A DNA stretch of 64,000 nucleotides, taken from the NCBI GenBank assembly GCA_964540825.1, contig CAZINT010000001.1, positions 5,315-69,314 on the forward strand. Reading direction: 5' to 3'. Under the pieces are notes generated by a model. It did no database searches. It was not told the origin of the DNA and saw only the letters and a list, made by a program, of their open reading frames with translations. The stretch is from an uncultured Gammaproteobacteria bacterium (lineage in GTDB: Bacteria > Patescibacteriota > Patescibacteriia > Magasanikbacterales > GWA2-37-8). Numbering within the stretch: the stretch's first letter is position 1; each line of letters begins with the position of its first letter. The translations under genes and the position numbers were made by a program. Positions 1 through 10,107 of the stretch are shown here, one piece after another.

Positions 1-308
1 GTCTCGGCGATCCATCGTTTCAAGAATTAAAAGTTAAAGCATCGGGAATTGCGCATTATTTTGAACGCCTTTTTATGGTTGATCGATCTAAACTGCAGGT
101 AGTTCAGGAACTCATGGCGGCAGACACTGCCCAGAAGATCTGGTTTATTAATGATAAAGTGCAAGAAACCAAAAATATTGTCGAAACGTTTCCGTCAATT
201 GCCGCTGCGCTAAAGGTTTCGCCAAAAATTCCACTCGAAGAATATCAAGCGAGTTTGCTGCCCTATTTTTCTTCTTTAATACACATTGCTGAGTATGTCA
301 CTAAGTAA
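1..308 (+). CDS. 3' end of an unidentified protein; the reading frame is open from the window edge
   Basis: Frame 3 is open from position 3 through the stop at 308, and the ORF-track ATG at 75 is internal. No recognisable motif. Confidence 0.3.
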   Translation, partial: LGDPSFQELKVKASGIAHYFERLFMVDRSKLQVVQELMAADTAQKIWFINDKVQETKNIVETFPSIAAALKVSPKIPLEEYQASLLPYFSSLIHIAEYVTK

Positions 309-1053
309 TTTTAACTCATGGGGTGTTGTTGTGCTTGCCGCTGGCCAGGGTAAGCGTTTGGGGTGCACCGATACACCCAAAGTCATGTCGTTAATTGGGG
401 GAAAACCAATTATTTCATATACGGTTGGCACCCTTAAGTCGCTGGGGCTTACTCCGGAGCAGCTTTGTTTAGTGGTGGGTTTTGCGCACGAAAAAGTGCG
501 CGACTATTTTAAAGATGAGGTATGTTACGCATATCAAGCCGAGCAGCTTGGAACTGCACATGCAGCATTTTTAGGCGTGCAAAGTTTTGGCGAACGTGCA
601 GCCGATGTGCTTATTATGGGCGGCGATGATAGTGCTTTTTACACCCCTCAAACATTGGCTCATTTTATGGAAATGCACCAGGCAGCACAAGCAAAAATTT
701 CTGTTTTAACCACTCGAGTCGCAGATCCTGCGCGACTTGGCAGAATTATCCGGGACGATTCAGGGAAATGTATTGCTATTTTAGAAAAAGAACAGATTAA
801 GCCTGAGCAGGCTTCCATCAACGAGATTAACACCGGTACATACTGTGTTGACCGAATGTGGTATGAACAGCTTTTTCCAACGATGCGAAAAATTGAAGGG
901 CTGGGTGAATACGGTTTAAACCGTGCTTTTGAGATGGCTGTTCAGCAGGGTCACAAAGTGCTCGCAGTTGAAATGGAACGATCAGAAGAGTGGTTCGGAG
1001 TAAACACGCCAGAAGAGTTGGCGGAGGCTGATCGAAGAAAAAAGACCTTTTGA
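286..1053 (+). CDS. Sugar-phosphate nucleotidyltransferase, similar to the GlmU N-terminal domain (UDP-GlcNAc pyrophosphorylase-like)
   Basis: It has the N-terminal LAAGQGKRL glycine-rich NTP-transferase signature and is about 255 aa. It sits next to glmS. Confidence 0.6.
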   Translation: MLSMSLSNFNSWGVVVLAAGQGKRLGCTDTPKVMSLIGGKPIISYTVGTLKSLGLTPEQLCLVVGFAHEKVRDYFKDEVCYAYQAEQLGTAHAAFLGVQSFGERAADVLIMGGDDSAFYTPQTLAHFMEMHQAAQAKISVLTTRVADPARLGRIIRDDSGKCIAILEKEQIKPEQASINEINTGTYCVDRMWYEQLFPTMRKIEGLGEYGLNRAFEMAVQQGHKVLAVEMERSEEWFGVNTPEELAEADRRKKTF

Positions 1054-1152
1054 AATTGCTGGGGGCGAGTATTGCTCCTTTTCTAGTCATGAGCGAATGA
1101 TTATTAGAAAGGGGGCAGTATTTTCAAACTTTTGCTGAGAAGGAGTGTGTTC

Positions 1153-1332
1153 ATGCTGGTGCAACAAGCTGCTGCAAGCCCGACGAGTCCGTATGAGCGC
1201 ATGCTCGAAGAGGCAGGCGACACCTTGAGTGTTCCCCTCACCGTCTTTGATGTTCTCGACGACGAGAAATCGTCTCGGGTCAATGCCGTCGAGGCGGAGG
1301 TGGTGCCAGGCAGCGTCGCTCAGGCGCCCTGA
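1153..1332 (+). CDS. Small (59 aa) acidic hypothetical protein in a GC-rich islet
   Basis: A strong SD (GAGAAGGAG) lies 7 nt upstream of the ATG at 1153. The ORF is visibly GC-richer than its flanks and a hairpin follows at 1351-1390. There is no homology I recognise. Confidence 0.3.
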   Translation: MLVQQAAASPTSPYERMLEEAGDTLSVPLTVFDVLDDEKSSRVNAVEAEVVPGSVAQAP

Positions 1333-1419
1333 GGCTGTTGTTTCCATTTAGGGTAGCAGGGGTTTCCAAAGAGAAGCTCCTGCTACCTGAATATTTAAAA
1401 TTTTGTAACTATTAAATAT

Positions 1420-3243
1420 ATGTGTGGGATTGTCGGCTACGTTGGGAAAAAAGAAGCCTTACCCATTTTGATTAACGGGCTCCGGCGGCTTGAATACCGA
1501 GGCTATGATAGTGCGGGTGTCGTTATTGTGTCCGAAGGGAAATTAACCCGTATTCGCTCGGTTGGAAAAATTGATTCACTGGCCGAAAAGGTAAAATTAC
1601 AACCAATTAAAGGCACTGTTGGAGTGGCGCATACGCGCTGGGCAACCCATGGGGGAGTAACCGAAGACAACGCGCATCCGCATACTGATTGTACTGGTGA
1701 TTTAGTTTTAGTGCATAACGGTATTATCGAAAATTATCGCGAACTTAAAGAGCGTTTTTTAAAAGGACATGTTTTTAAATCAGAAACAGATACCGAAGTT
1801 ATTGCTCATTTGATTGAATTATTTTATCAAGGTGATTTGCGCCAGGCTGTCGAACGAGCGCTCCATGAAATGAGTGGTACCTATGGGTTGGTAGTCATGC
1901 ACAGCAACGAACCGGGTAAGCTGGTCGCGGCCCGGCTGGGGAGCCCGATCGCAATTGGTGTAGGGGATGGTGAATATTATATTGCATCGGACACTTCACC
2001 CATGCTCGCCCATACTCAGCAAGTATTATTTTTAGAAGATGGTGAGCTTGCTGAAATTACGCACAGTGGCGTGCAGCTCTTTACTCTCGAAGATCAACGA
2101 ATTTATAAAAATCCAGAACGCATTGAATGGGATGAGGCCCAGGCGCAAAAAAATGGTTTTGACCATTTCATGCTCAAGGAAATTTTTGATCAGCCGACGG
2201 TTTTGCAAGATGCGCTTCGCGGCAGGCTTGACCTTAAGGCAGGTACAGCGCACCTCGGCGGTCTTAATATGACTGACGAAGAAATTCGTTCCATCAATCG
2301 TATTGTACTCATTGCGTGCGGTACGGCTTCGTATGCGGGGATGGTTGGCAAATATGCTTTTGAGCGTTTGGCAGGTATTCCGGCCGAGGTAGAAGTAGCG
2401 AGTGAATTTCGCTATCGCGACACTATTCTTGACGAACGAACGCTTGTGTTTGCTATTTCGCAATCGGGTGAAACAGCGGATACTATCGCAGCTATAAAAG
2501 AAGCAAAACGCAAAGGGGCGTTTGTACGCGGCATTGTCAATGTGGTTGGATCAACCATTGCGCGCGAAACCGATGGGGGAACATATATTCATGCTGGACC
2601 CGAACTTGCAGTGGCATCAACCAAAGCGTATATGAACATGGTCGCGGTTTTAATGCTCTACGCGATTCAGTTTGGACGCTTGCGCCGCCTGACGGTTGCA
2701 ACGGGCGAGCGACTCGTTAAATCACTTCTTGAATTGCCGGAAAAAATGAATCAGGCACTTAAATTACAAGATCAGGTAAAGGCGCTGGCCGCGAAGTACA
2801 AAAATTACCGAGACTTTTTTTTCCTAGGCCGCGGTATTAATTACCCTGTTGCACTTGAAGGTTCGCTTAAACTTAAAGAAATTTCCTATATTCATAGCGA
2901 AGCATTTCCGGGCGGCGAAATGAAGCACGGGCCAATAGCGCTCCTCAGCCCAGAATTTCCGGTCTTGGCTATAATGACCAAAAACCAGCTCTATGATAAG
3001 ATGAGAAGCAATATTGAAGAAGTAAAAGCGCGTAAGGCGCCCATTATTATCCTTGCAACCGAGGGCGATACTGATGCTGTCAGGCTCGCTGATGATGTTG
3101 TCTACGTTCCGGCAACTATGGAACTTTTAGAACCGCTCGTAAACACGATCCCGCTCCAATTATTTGCCTATTATGCCGCAACGGGGCTTGGCCGAGATGT
3201 GGACCGTCCACGAAATTTAGCTAAGAGTGTTACTGTTGAATAA
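1420..3243 (+). CDS. glmS: Glutamine--fructose-6-phosphate aminotransferase
   Basis: The N-terminus MCGIVGY carries the Cys1 amidotransferase signature, followed by class-II GATase and tandem SIS domains. At 607 aa it is the typical GlmS length. Confidence 0.95.
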   Translation: MCGIVGYVGKKEALPILINGLRRLEYRGYDSAGVVIVSEGKLTRIRSVGKIDSLAEKVKLQPIKGTVGVAHTRWATHGGVTEDNAHPHTDCTGDLVLVHNGIIENYRELKERFLKGHVFKSETDTEVIAHLIELFYQGDLRQAVERALHEMSGTYGLVVMHSNEPGKLVAARLGSPIAIGVGDGEYYIASDTSPMLAHTQQVLFLEDGELAEITHSGVQLFTLEDQRIYKNPERIEWDEAQAQKNGFDHFMLKEIFDQPTVLQDALRGRLDLKAGTAHLGGLNMTDEEIRSINRIVLIACGTASYAGMVGKYAFERLAGIPAEVEVASEFRYRDTILDERTLVFAISQSGETADTIAAIKEAKRKGAFVRGIVNVVGSTIARETDGGTYIHAGPELAVASTKAYMNMVAVLMLYAIQFGRLRRLTVATGERLVKSLLELPEKMNQALKLQDQVKALAAKYKNYRDFFFLGRGINYPVALEGSLKLKEISYIHSEAFPGGEMKHGPIALLSPEFPVLAIMTKNQLYDKMRSNIEEVKARKAPIIILATEGDTDAVRLADDVVYVPATMELLEPLVNTIPLQLFAYYAATGLGRDVDRPRNLAKSVTVE

Positions 3244-3249
3244 TCTTTT

Positions 3250-3906
3250 ATGAAATATAAAGCAGTTATTTTTGACATGGACGGCGTCCTTATTGATAGT
3301 GAATTTCACTGGTTTGAAGCCGAGATGAATTTTTTGAAAAAATACGGCATTACCATGACGCGCGAGATCATGACTAAAATGACCGGCAGAAGTTTGCGTG
3401 AAACGGTAAGTATGATTAAGGAAGAATATAAGCTCGCCGCACCAATCGAAGAATTAATGGGCGAAAAAGCCGCGGCCAGCGAAGCAATATATGAATACAA
3501 AGCACAGGTGATGCCCGGGGCGCACGACCTTGTTAAAACCATTCATGCGCAGAGCGGACGCTTGGCGATTGCTTCCGGATCGATGCTGCATCGTATTGAA
3601 AAAATCGTGCAGCGATTTGATTTGGCGCATTATTTTGAGCATCTCGTATCGAGTGATCATGTTAATTATGTCGGCAAACCTGACCCCGCAATTTATATCT
3701 ATACCGCAAATAAGTTGGGTTTAGATCCGGCACACTGTGTTGTTATCGAAGATTCTGTTAACGGCCTCAAGGCGGCCAAAGGTGCGGGTATGGACTGTAT
3801 TGCTGTTCCTGATCCTCGGTGGAGTCGCGGTAATTATTCTGAAGCGAACCTTATTGTAAAAGGCTTAACAGACGAAAAAATTATTGATTTTCTTGAATTG
3901 AACTAA
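3250..3906 (+). CDS. HAD-IA family hydrolase (beta-phosphoglucomutase-like)
   Basis: It has the FDMDGVLIDSE motif I (DxDG) at the N-terminus and HAD-like C-terminal motifs. Confidence 0.75.
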   Translation: MKYKAVIFDMDGVLIDSEFHWFEAEMNFLKKYGITMTREIMTKMTGRSLRETVSMIKEEYKLAAPIEELMGEKAAASEAIYEYKAQVMPGAHDLVKTIHAQSGRLAIASGSMLHRIEKIVQRFDLAHYFEHLVSSDHVNYVGKPDPAIYIYTANKLGLDPAHCVVIEDSVNGLKAAKGAGMDCIAVPDPRWSRGNYSEANLIVKGLTDEKIIDFLELN

Positions 3907-3916
3907 CTGTGCTCCT

Positions 3917-4906
3917 ATGAAAAAAGTTGTAGTGATTGGTGGAGGGACCGGGACAACCTCAGTGTTGTCGGGGCTCAAGCGCAATAAGGATGTTGATCTT
4001 AGTGTCATTGTCAGTATGACTGATGATGGCGGAAGCAATGCGGTGATTCAGGACGAGTTTGGACTTTTGCCGCTGGGCGACCTGCGCAAATCTATTTTGG
4101 CCCTCGCTGAAGTTGGTGCTGAAGACACTGTTTTGCAAAAATTATTTACCTACCGTTTTGACAAAGGGAACGGTTTATCGGGCCACACACTCGGCAGTCT
4201 CATTATGATTGCGCTTAGCGATATAGCTGGATCAGAAGTCGAGGCGATTAGCGCAGTGAGCGAAATATTTCATGCGCGCGGTCAGGTAATTCCGGTTACG
4301 CTTGAACACGCCTGTCTCGTCGCTGATTATGATACGGGTAAACAAGTCCAAGGCGAGCATCTTATTGATGAGCCGCCGCTAACGGAAAATACCGGGCGCA
4401 TCATCAAGCTTTCTATTACTCCAGCGGTGCAGGCCTATGCTCCTGCTCTTCAAGCTATCGCTGATGCCGATTATATTATTGCCGGTCCAGGGGACCTCTA
4501 TACAACTACGCTAGCTAATATTATCGTCGGAGGTATTGCTGAAGCTATTCAAAAAAGTAAGGCAAAATTTATTTTTATCAATAACCTCATGAGTAAGCGC
4601 GGTCAAACTAACGGCTATAAGGCCTCTGACCTTATCAACGAAACCGCTAAGTATGCTGGGCGAGTGCCTGACGTGGCAATTCAACATGTGGGCACAATCC
4701 CGGCCGAAGCCGTAAAAAAATATCAAGAACGCGGTGAAGAGCAAATCGCGGATGATTTAAAAGAAGATGATGGATATCAGATAGTGCGAGCCGATATTGC
4801 TTTTAAAAAGGAAGTCGCTCAAGATAAAGGTGATACGCTCGCGCGCAGCCTCATTCGCCATGACGGCGAAAAATTGGCCCGGGTACTTATGGAAATAATG
4901 AAGTAG
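3917..4906 (+). CDS. YvcK/CofD-family protein (UPF0052, gluconeogenesis factor-like)
   Basis: It has the VVVIGGGTG nucleotide-binding N-terminus and MTDDGGS motif typical of the YvcK/CofD family, and is about 329 aa. Confidence 0.75.
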   Translation: MKKVVVIGGGTGTTSVLSGLKRNKDVDLSVIVSMTDDGGSNAVIQDEFGLLPLGDLRKSILALAEVGAEDTVLQKLFTYRFDKGNGLSGHTLGSLIMIALSDIAGSEVEAISAVSEIFHARGQVIPVTLEHACLVADYDTGKQVQGEHLIDEPPLTENTGRIIKLSITPAVQAYAPALQAIADADYIIAGPGDLYTTTLANIIVGGIAEAIQKSKAKFIFINNLMSKRGQTNGYKASDLINETAKYAGRVPDVAIQHVGTIPAEAVKKYQERGEEQIADDLKEDDGYQIVRADIAFKKEVAQDKGDTLARSLIRHDGEKLARVLMEIMK

Positions 4907-5245
4907 TTGTATATGGAAATTATAAAATCAGACGAGACACGACAGCGGGGGATTAAATTTGCAGTGGTAGAAAATGGAATCGAAATGGGGCGCATTTTTT
5001 TATATGTTTTATTTAATGAGCTCCACAGCGAGCCATTTGGTTTATTAGAAGATTTATTTGTTGAAGAACAGTACCGAAGCCAGGGAGTCGGACGAAGATT
5101 AATTGAACAAGCGTTAGCACAAGCAAAGAAAGAGAAATGTTATAAAGTTATTTGTACCAGTCGTTATGGACGTGAAGCGCTGCATGATTGGTATAAAAAG
5201 TTAGGATTTATTGATCACGGAACTGAATTTAGGATTGATTTTTAG
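4907..5245 (+). CDS. Small GNAT-family N-acetyltransferase
   Basis: It carries the Q/RxxGxG/A acetyl-CoA motif (RSQGVGRRLIEQAL) and is 112 aa. Confidence 0.6.
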   Translation: MYMEIIKSDETRQRGIKFAVVENGIEMGRIFLYVLFNELHSEPFGLLEDLFVEEQYRSQGVGRRLIEQALAQAKKEKCYKVICTSRYGREALHDWYKKLGFIDHGTEFRIDF

Positions 5246-5248
5246 CAT

Positions 5249-6409
5249 ATGGTTCGATCTCGGCCTAAATCACCAGAGAATGTAAACGCCCAGCTGCAAG
5301 GGTTTTATTTTGATACGTTTGCTGCAAGCCCGAGTGCTGAGCAGGATTCGTTTGGTCAAAATTTGGGTGCTCAGCCTGAATATGCGGAAATTGATGCCAA
5401 AGTTACTGTGCAAGGAATCAAGGAATCGCCAGGGATATACGAAAATTATGTTCATTTTTTACGCAAAAAATTTAAAGACGAAGATAAGGAATTTTTTACA
5501 GAGAATCAGCGGCGGTATGAAAGTGTAAGGCCCGAAGTCGAAAAGATTCTTGCTCAGATAGAGAGTGCCTATGCCGATGGTTTTTTCAGAATTTCGGTGG
5601 CTAAAAAAATCTCCGGGTATACCGGGCTGGGAAATGATGGAATTGCTATACAATTTCACAGCAAGGACGGTGAAGACTTAATTTTAAAGTTTTTTCATTC
5701 CTCTGATCGGTCAAGAGCCAGCAGTACTTCATACGCTCGGTACGTTGAAGATTTTCCTGCTCAAATAGAAGCGCTGCGGCGCACAAAAGATATGGCACGG
5801 GTTGTTAGCATGCATTCATATTCCTTCGAACACTCAGTTATCATCATGAAGTATGAGCAGGGTAATTTATTGCTCCCAAATAAAAAAAATTTTGTTCATC
5901 CTACACAGAAAGCAATTGAGGGCGCTATCAGCGATATATATGAACTTGCAGTCCGGGGTGTAGAAAGTGGCGGCGGAGGCGATGACTTTATATATAATCC
6001 TGAAACCGATTCGATTACCATACTTGATCCTAAATTTAGGAATAAAAAATGGACCAAGCAATGGCAGGAAAGTTATGAGGATGCGTATAAAGAACCCGCT
6101 ACACCTGACACGCGGCTCGCAGTACAATTACTCTGGTTTTTAGAGGTTTTGGTAGATTTGAAAGAAAAAGAATTGGGTAAAGAATGCGAGAAAGAGGAAT
6201 ATTATGCTGCAATTAAGCCGTTATTTCAAAGTTATTTTTTATATAACCAGAAATTTTTTCCAGAAAAAATAAACGTTCTTTTGCACCAAGCGGCTCGTTC
6301 TCGAGATGTGTCTTCGATTATGGTTAATGCCGGAATATACGAGCATGAAGTTTCTCGTGAACAGAAGTATGTTTTGGGTAAGGCGTTTCTAGAAGCGTTG
6401 ATTTCCTAA
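5249..6409 (+). CDS. Hypothetical protein
   Basis: A long ORF in operon context with tight spacing to its neighbours. No motif I can name. Confidence 0.5.
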   Translation: MVRSRPKSPENVNAQLQGFYFDTFAASPSAEQDSFGQNLGAQPEYAEIDAKVTVQGIKESPGIYENYVHFLRKKFKDEDKEFFTENQRRYESVRPEVEKILAQIESAYADGFFRISVAKKISGYTGLGNDGIAIQFHSKDGEDLILKFFHSSDRSRASSTSYARYVEDFPAQIEALRRTKDMARVVSMHSYSFEHSVIIMKYEQGNLLLPNKKNFVHPTQKAIEGAISDIYELAVRGVESGGGGDDFIYNPETDSITILDPKFRNKKWTKQWQESYEDAYKEPATPDTRLAVQLLWFLEVLVDLKEKELGKECEKEEYYAAIKPLFQSYFLYNQKFFPEKINVLLHQAARSRDVSSIMVNAGIYEHEVSREQKYVLGKAFLEALIS

Positions 6410-7564
6410 TTGTGTTTTATGAATCTTTACGAATTTGAAGGAAAAAAATTATTTGCCAAATACGGTATTGTGACCCCAAAAGGTGTCGTTGTTCGGCGAG
6501 GTGACGATGTACAAAAAAAATACTTGTCGCTTGGGATTAAAGATGTGGTCGTTAAGGCCCAAGTACTTTCTGGAAAACGCGGAAAAAATAATGGTATCAA
6601 GTTTTGCTCTTCAGCTATTGAGGTAGAAAAGGCGTGCGAGGAATTATTTGCTATGAATATCCGAGGTCAGTATGTTGCGGCAGTACTTATTGAAGAAAAA
6701 CTGAATATTGCTGAGGAGCATTATCTTTCAGTCACATACGATACAAATAAAAAACAACCTGTAATGCTTTACACTACAAGCGGTGGTATGGATATTGAAG
6801 ATGTTTCGGAAAAGGAAATTAAAAAGCAAGAATTAGATATTAGGAAAATTGAGATAACAAGTGACAGCACGATCGGACAACAATTGTGGAACTGCTTTCT
6901 AGAGGAAGATGCTCGAGTGGTTGAAATAAACCCGCTCGTCAAAACTGTAGAAGGAAAATGGTATGCAGCAGACGCCAAAGTTGCGCTCGATGAAGACGCC
7001 TTCTATCGCCACAAAGAGTGGGAAGAACTTGAGCCCCGCACGATGATGGGTCGCCTGCCAACAGAGCGCGAAATTGCGGTTAAAAAAATTGATGAGGGCG
7101 AAGGGTATTATCGTGGCACTGCGGGTAAATATATTGAACTGGACGGTGATGTGGCGATTTTGTTTTCGGGCGGGGGAGCGAGTATCGCGAATATGGACGC
7201 CCTCATTAAGTCTGGTTGTACGCCGGCTAACTACACTGAGTATTCAGGTAACCCACCGCGCGAAAAAGTCTATCAATTAGCTAAAATCGTTTTATCGAAA
7301 CCCGGACTTAAGGGGCTCTGGATTGCCGGAGGAGTAGCGAATTTTACCAATATTGGCGAAACATTTCATGGTATTGTTGACGCGCTCGATGAATTAAAAC
7401 CAACGTATCCGATTGTGGTACGCCGAGCTGGTCCGTTTGAAGCAGAGGGTATGCAGCTTATGAAAGAATGTGCTGAGCGTAACAAGCTGAACATGCGATT
7501 ATTTGGCAAGGAAACGAGTATGAGCGCAACCGCACAGGTCTTGGCTGATCTAATAGTAAAATAA
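6410..7564 (+). CDS. Succinyl-CoA synthetase beta-subunit-like ATP-grasp protein (SucC / CcsA / AclB family)
   Basis: The N-terminus MNLYEFEGKKLFAKYGI and the GKRGKNNGIKF segment match the SucC ATP-grasp fold. At 384 aa it is a typical beta-subunit length. Confidence 0.75.
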   Translation: MCFMNLYEFEGKKLFAKYGIVTPKGVVVRRGDDVQKKYLSLGIKDVVVKAQVLSGKRGKNNGIKFCSSAIEVEKACEELFAMNIRGQYVAAVLIEEKLNIAEEHYLSVTYDTNKKQPVMLYTTSGGMDIEDVSEKEIKKQELDIRKIEITSDSTIGQQLWNCFLEEDARVVEINPLVKTVEGKWYAADAKVALDEDAFYRHKEWEELEPRTMMGRLPTEREIAVKKIDEGEGYYRGTAGKYIELDGDVAILFSGGGASIANMDALIKSGCTPANYTEYSGNPPREKVYQLAKIVLSKPGLKGLWIAGGVANFTNIGETFHGIVDALDELKPTYPIVVRRAGPFEAEGMQLMKECAERNKLNMRLFGKETSMSATAQVLADLIVK

Positions 7565-7565
7565 T

Positions 7566-8456
7566 ATGAGTATTCTTTTAGATAAAAATACAACAGTTGT
7601 GGTCCAGGGTATGACGGGCAAAGAAGGTCAAAAGGCTGCTAAAGCCATGCTTGAGTATCACACAAATGTAATGTGCGGGGTGACGCCGAATAAGGGCGGT
7701 CAAGAAGTAGAAGGTAAGCTCGTTTTTAATTCGATCAAAGAAGCCAAAGAGGCTTGCGGGGAAATTACAGTGTCGGCAATCTATGTACCGCCCTTTGCAG
7801 CCAAAGCGGCTATTCTTGAAGCGATTGATAATGACATTCCGCTTATTAGTGTTATCGTGGAACGTATCCCCATTAAAGACACGGCGTACTGTTTGGCCGC
7901 AGCGAAAGATAAAAATATTCGTATTGTTGGTCCGAGTAGTTTAGGGTTTATTGTGCCTGGTGTCGGGCGGGTTGGTGTGGTGGGCGGCCCTTTGGTTAAT
8001 GAAATTTTTCAACCAGGAAGTATCGGGGTTATCTCGCGTTCAGGTGGTATGACCAATGAAGTCTCGTGGCAGATTCGTAAAGCTGGCCTCGGGCAGAGTG
8101 CTGCCGTGCATGTCGGGGGAGACCTGCTGATGGGCACGACGTATGCCGACCTCCTCGAACTATTTGAAAAAGACGAAGCAACCAAAGCGGTGGTATTGTT
8201 TGGGGAACATGGTGGTAGTTATGAGTTTGAGATTGTTGACCTTATTAAACGCGGCGGATACACTAAACCACTCGCTATTTATATCGGTGGTAAGTTTGCC
8301 AGTATTTTGCCGGAAGGTATGAATATTGGGCATGCGGGAGCGATTGTGGGGAGGGGGCAAAGTGCGGCTGAAAAAGAAAAAGCCTTGGCAGATGTGGGTG
8401 TGATGATTGCGGAGCGGTACGAAGATCTGGTAGAGTTAGTGAAACCTCACGCTTAA
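7566..8456 (+). CDS. Succinyl-CoA synthetase alpha-subunit-like protein (SucD / CcsB family)
   Basis: It has the CoA-binding GMTGKEG motif and the phosphohistidine motif NIGHAGAIV, and is 296 aa. Confidence 0.8.
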   Translation: MSILLDKNTTVVVQGMTGKEGQKAAKAMLEYHTNVMCGVTPNKGGQEVEGKLVFNSIKEAKEACGEITVSAIYVPPFAAKAAILEAIDNDIPLISVIVERIPIKDTAYCLAAAKDKNIRIVGPSSLGFIVPGVGRVGVVGGPLVNEIFQPGSIGVISRSGGMTNEVSWQIRKAGLGQSAAVHVGGDLLMGTTYADLLELFEKDEATKAVVLFGEHGGSYEFEIVDLIKRGGYTKPLAIYIGGKFASILPEGMNIGHAGAIVGRGQSAAEKEKALADVGVMIAERYEDLVELVKPHA

Positions 8457-8466
8457 TATATACTAT

Positions 8467-9213
8467 ATGCAATGGAAAACTGCCCTGACTCAAGTAACCC
8501 AAGATGGTGAGGTGGTGCGCGGCTATAATCTGGCCGATTTAATGCGGCAAAAAAGTTTCGTTGAAACAGTTTTTTTGTTGCTTCGTGGAAAATTACCCGC
8601 GGTACAAGAAACAAAAATGATGAATGCGCTTTTTACAGCAGCTATTGATCATGGCGTGGGTGTTGCTTCGACAATGGCGGCACGACTCTCTGCTTCGGCA
8701 GGGAACAGCCTGCGCACTTCACTCGCGGCAGGTGTATTGTCGCTCGGCGAGCGTCATGGGCTTGCGATAGAAGGAGCGGCACGCTTTTTTCAGGAAAACA
8801 ATAGTACAGAGACGGTCGCCGAACTGTTACTAAAAATGAAAGCGGATAAAAAGCGCGTACCTGGTTTTGGGCATCGACTGCTAACGCACGACCAGCGAGC
8901 CGAACTTCTTTTTACATTAGCAAAAGAAAACGGGTTGTACGGTAAGCATTGTGTTTTTGCCGAAAAGGTTGCTGAAGAACTCAACAAAACAGCCTCAAAA
9001 AAGCTGCCCATGAATATTGACGGAGCAATGGGGGCGATTATTTCCGATATGGGTTTTGATTGGCGGGTTGCCCAAGGGATTTTTATTATCGCTCGCGTAC
9101 CCGGACTTGTAGCACATATTTATGAAGAAATTGCGAGCGGCGAAGGGCTCAGACGCCTTGAAGAAAATGAAGAAGAATATATTGGTGAAACCGAAAAACA
9201 AATTACCGAGTAA
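8467..9213 (+). CDS. Short citrate-synthase-family protein (citryl-CoA-lyase-like)
   Basis: It carries the PGFGHR motif (the citrate synthase GFGHRVY signature). It is only 248 aa, which fits the Ccl / AclA C-terminal domain size rather than a full citrate synthase. Confidence 0.6.
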   Translation: MQWKTALTQVTQDGEVVRGYNLADLMRQKSFVETVFLLLRGKLPAVQETKMMNALFTAAIDHGVGVASTMAARLSASAGNSLRTSLAAGVLSLGERHGLAIEGAARFFQENNSTETVAELLLKMKADKKRVPGFGHRLLTHDQRAELLFTLAKENGLYGKHCVFAEKVAEELNKTASKKLPMNIDGAMGAIISDMGFDWRVAQGIFIIARVPGLVAHIYEEIASGEGLRRLEENEEEYIGETEKQITE

Positions 9214-9216
9214 TAT

Positions 9217-10104
9217 ATGTCAGATTATTCTATTGCAATCGTACAACCAACAAGCGGCTACGAACTCCTCGACAGTGGCGATGGCGAAAAGATGGAGCGC
9301 TACGGTGAATTTATAGTTGCTCGTCCTGACCCACAAGCCCTCTGGCCAAAGTTACTTCCCGAAACTGAGTGGGCAAAGGCGCATGCGGTGTTTAGCCGCG
9401 ACAGTAAAAACACGGGATGGGAGCTTAAGAAAAGTTTGCCCGAAAAATGGCAGATAGATTTTGGCGGTCTCAAGTTTTGGATTAAGCCGACGTCGTTTAA
9501 GCATACTGGTTTATTTCCGGAGCAGCAAAGTAATTGGGCTTGGATTCAAGAACAAATTAAAAATCACAAAACAGAAAATCCAGACCAGCCGGTTAGAGTT
9601 TTGAATTTATTTGGCTACACGGGTGGTGCATCGCTCGCCGCTTCAGTAGCAGGAGCCGAGGTTGTGCACGTGGACGGATCAAAGTCCGCAATTGCCTGGG
9701 CGCGTGAAAATGCGGAAATTTCCGGCCTAAAGGATAAGCCGGTTCGTTGGCTCCTTGATGACGCAGCTGCTTTTGTGCGGCGTGAGATCAAGCGTGGTAA
9801 CAAGTACGAAGGTCTTATTATGGACCCGCCAGCCTTTGGTCATGGACCAAAGGGGGAGATGTGGAAAATCGAAGAAAGTTTTTTGCCGTTCTTAGAAATG
9901 TGCCGTCAAATTTTATCTGACCAGCCGTTATTTTTCCTGCTTAATGGGTATGCTTCGGGGTACTCTGCTCTTGCGTACAAAAATAATTTAGAGAGTCTGG
10001 TCAAGAAGTTTGGAGGAAGTATTGAGATGGGGGAGTTAACAATTGAAGAAAAATTAAATAAACGCTTATTGCCGTGTGGCATTTTCGCGCGGTGGCAGGC
10101 ATAA
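9217..10104 (+). CDS. Class I SAM-dependent rRNA methyltransferase (RlmI/RlmK-like)
   Basis: It has the FGYTGGASLAA SAM-binding motif and a DPPAFG catalytic motif. Confidence 0.65.
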   Translation: MSDYSIAIVQPTSGYELLDSGDGEKMERYGEFIVARPDPQALWPKLLPETEWAKAHAVFSRDSKNTGWELKKSLPEKWQIDFGGLKFWIKPTSFKHTGLFPEQQSNWAWIQEQIKNHKTENPDQPVRVLNLFGYTGGASLAASVAGAEVVHVDGSKSAIAWARENAEISGLKDKPVRWLLDDAAAFVRREIKRGNKYEGLIMDPPAFGHGPKGEMWKIEESFLPFLEMCRQILSDQPLFFLLNGYASGYSALAYKNNLESLVKKFGGSIEMGELTIEEKLNKRLLPCGIFARWQA

Positions 10105-10107
10105 TTT

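Noticed and set aside
1087-1347. 86 aa minus-strand ORF in the 1.1-1.35 kb GC spike
   Set aside because: It overlaps the SD-led + strand small ORF, has no SD of its own, and has shadow-frame composition.
2032-2463. 143 aa minus-strand ORF and 77 aa + ORF inside glmS
   Set aside because: They are embedded in a high-confidence glmS reading frame and have no SD.
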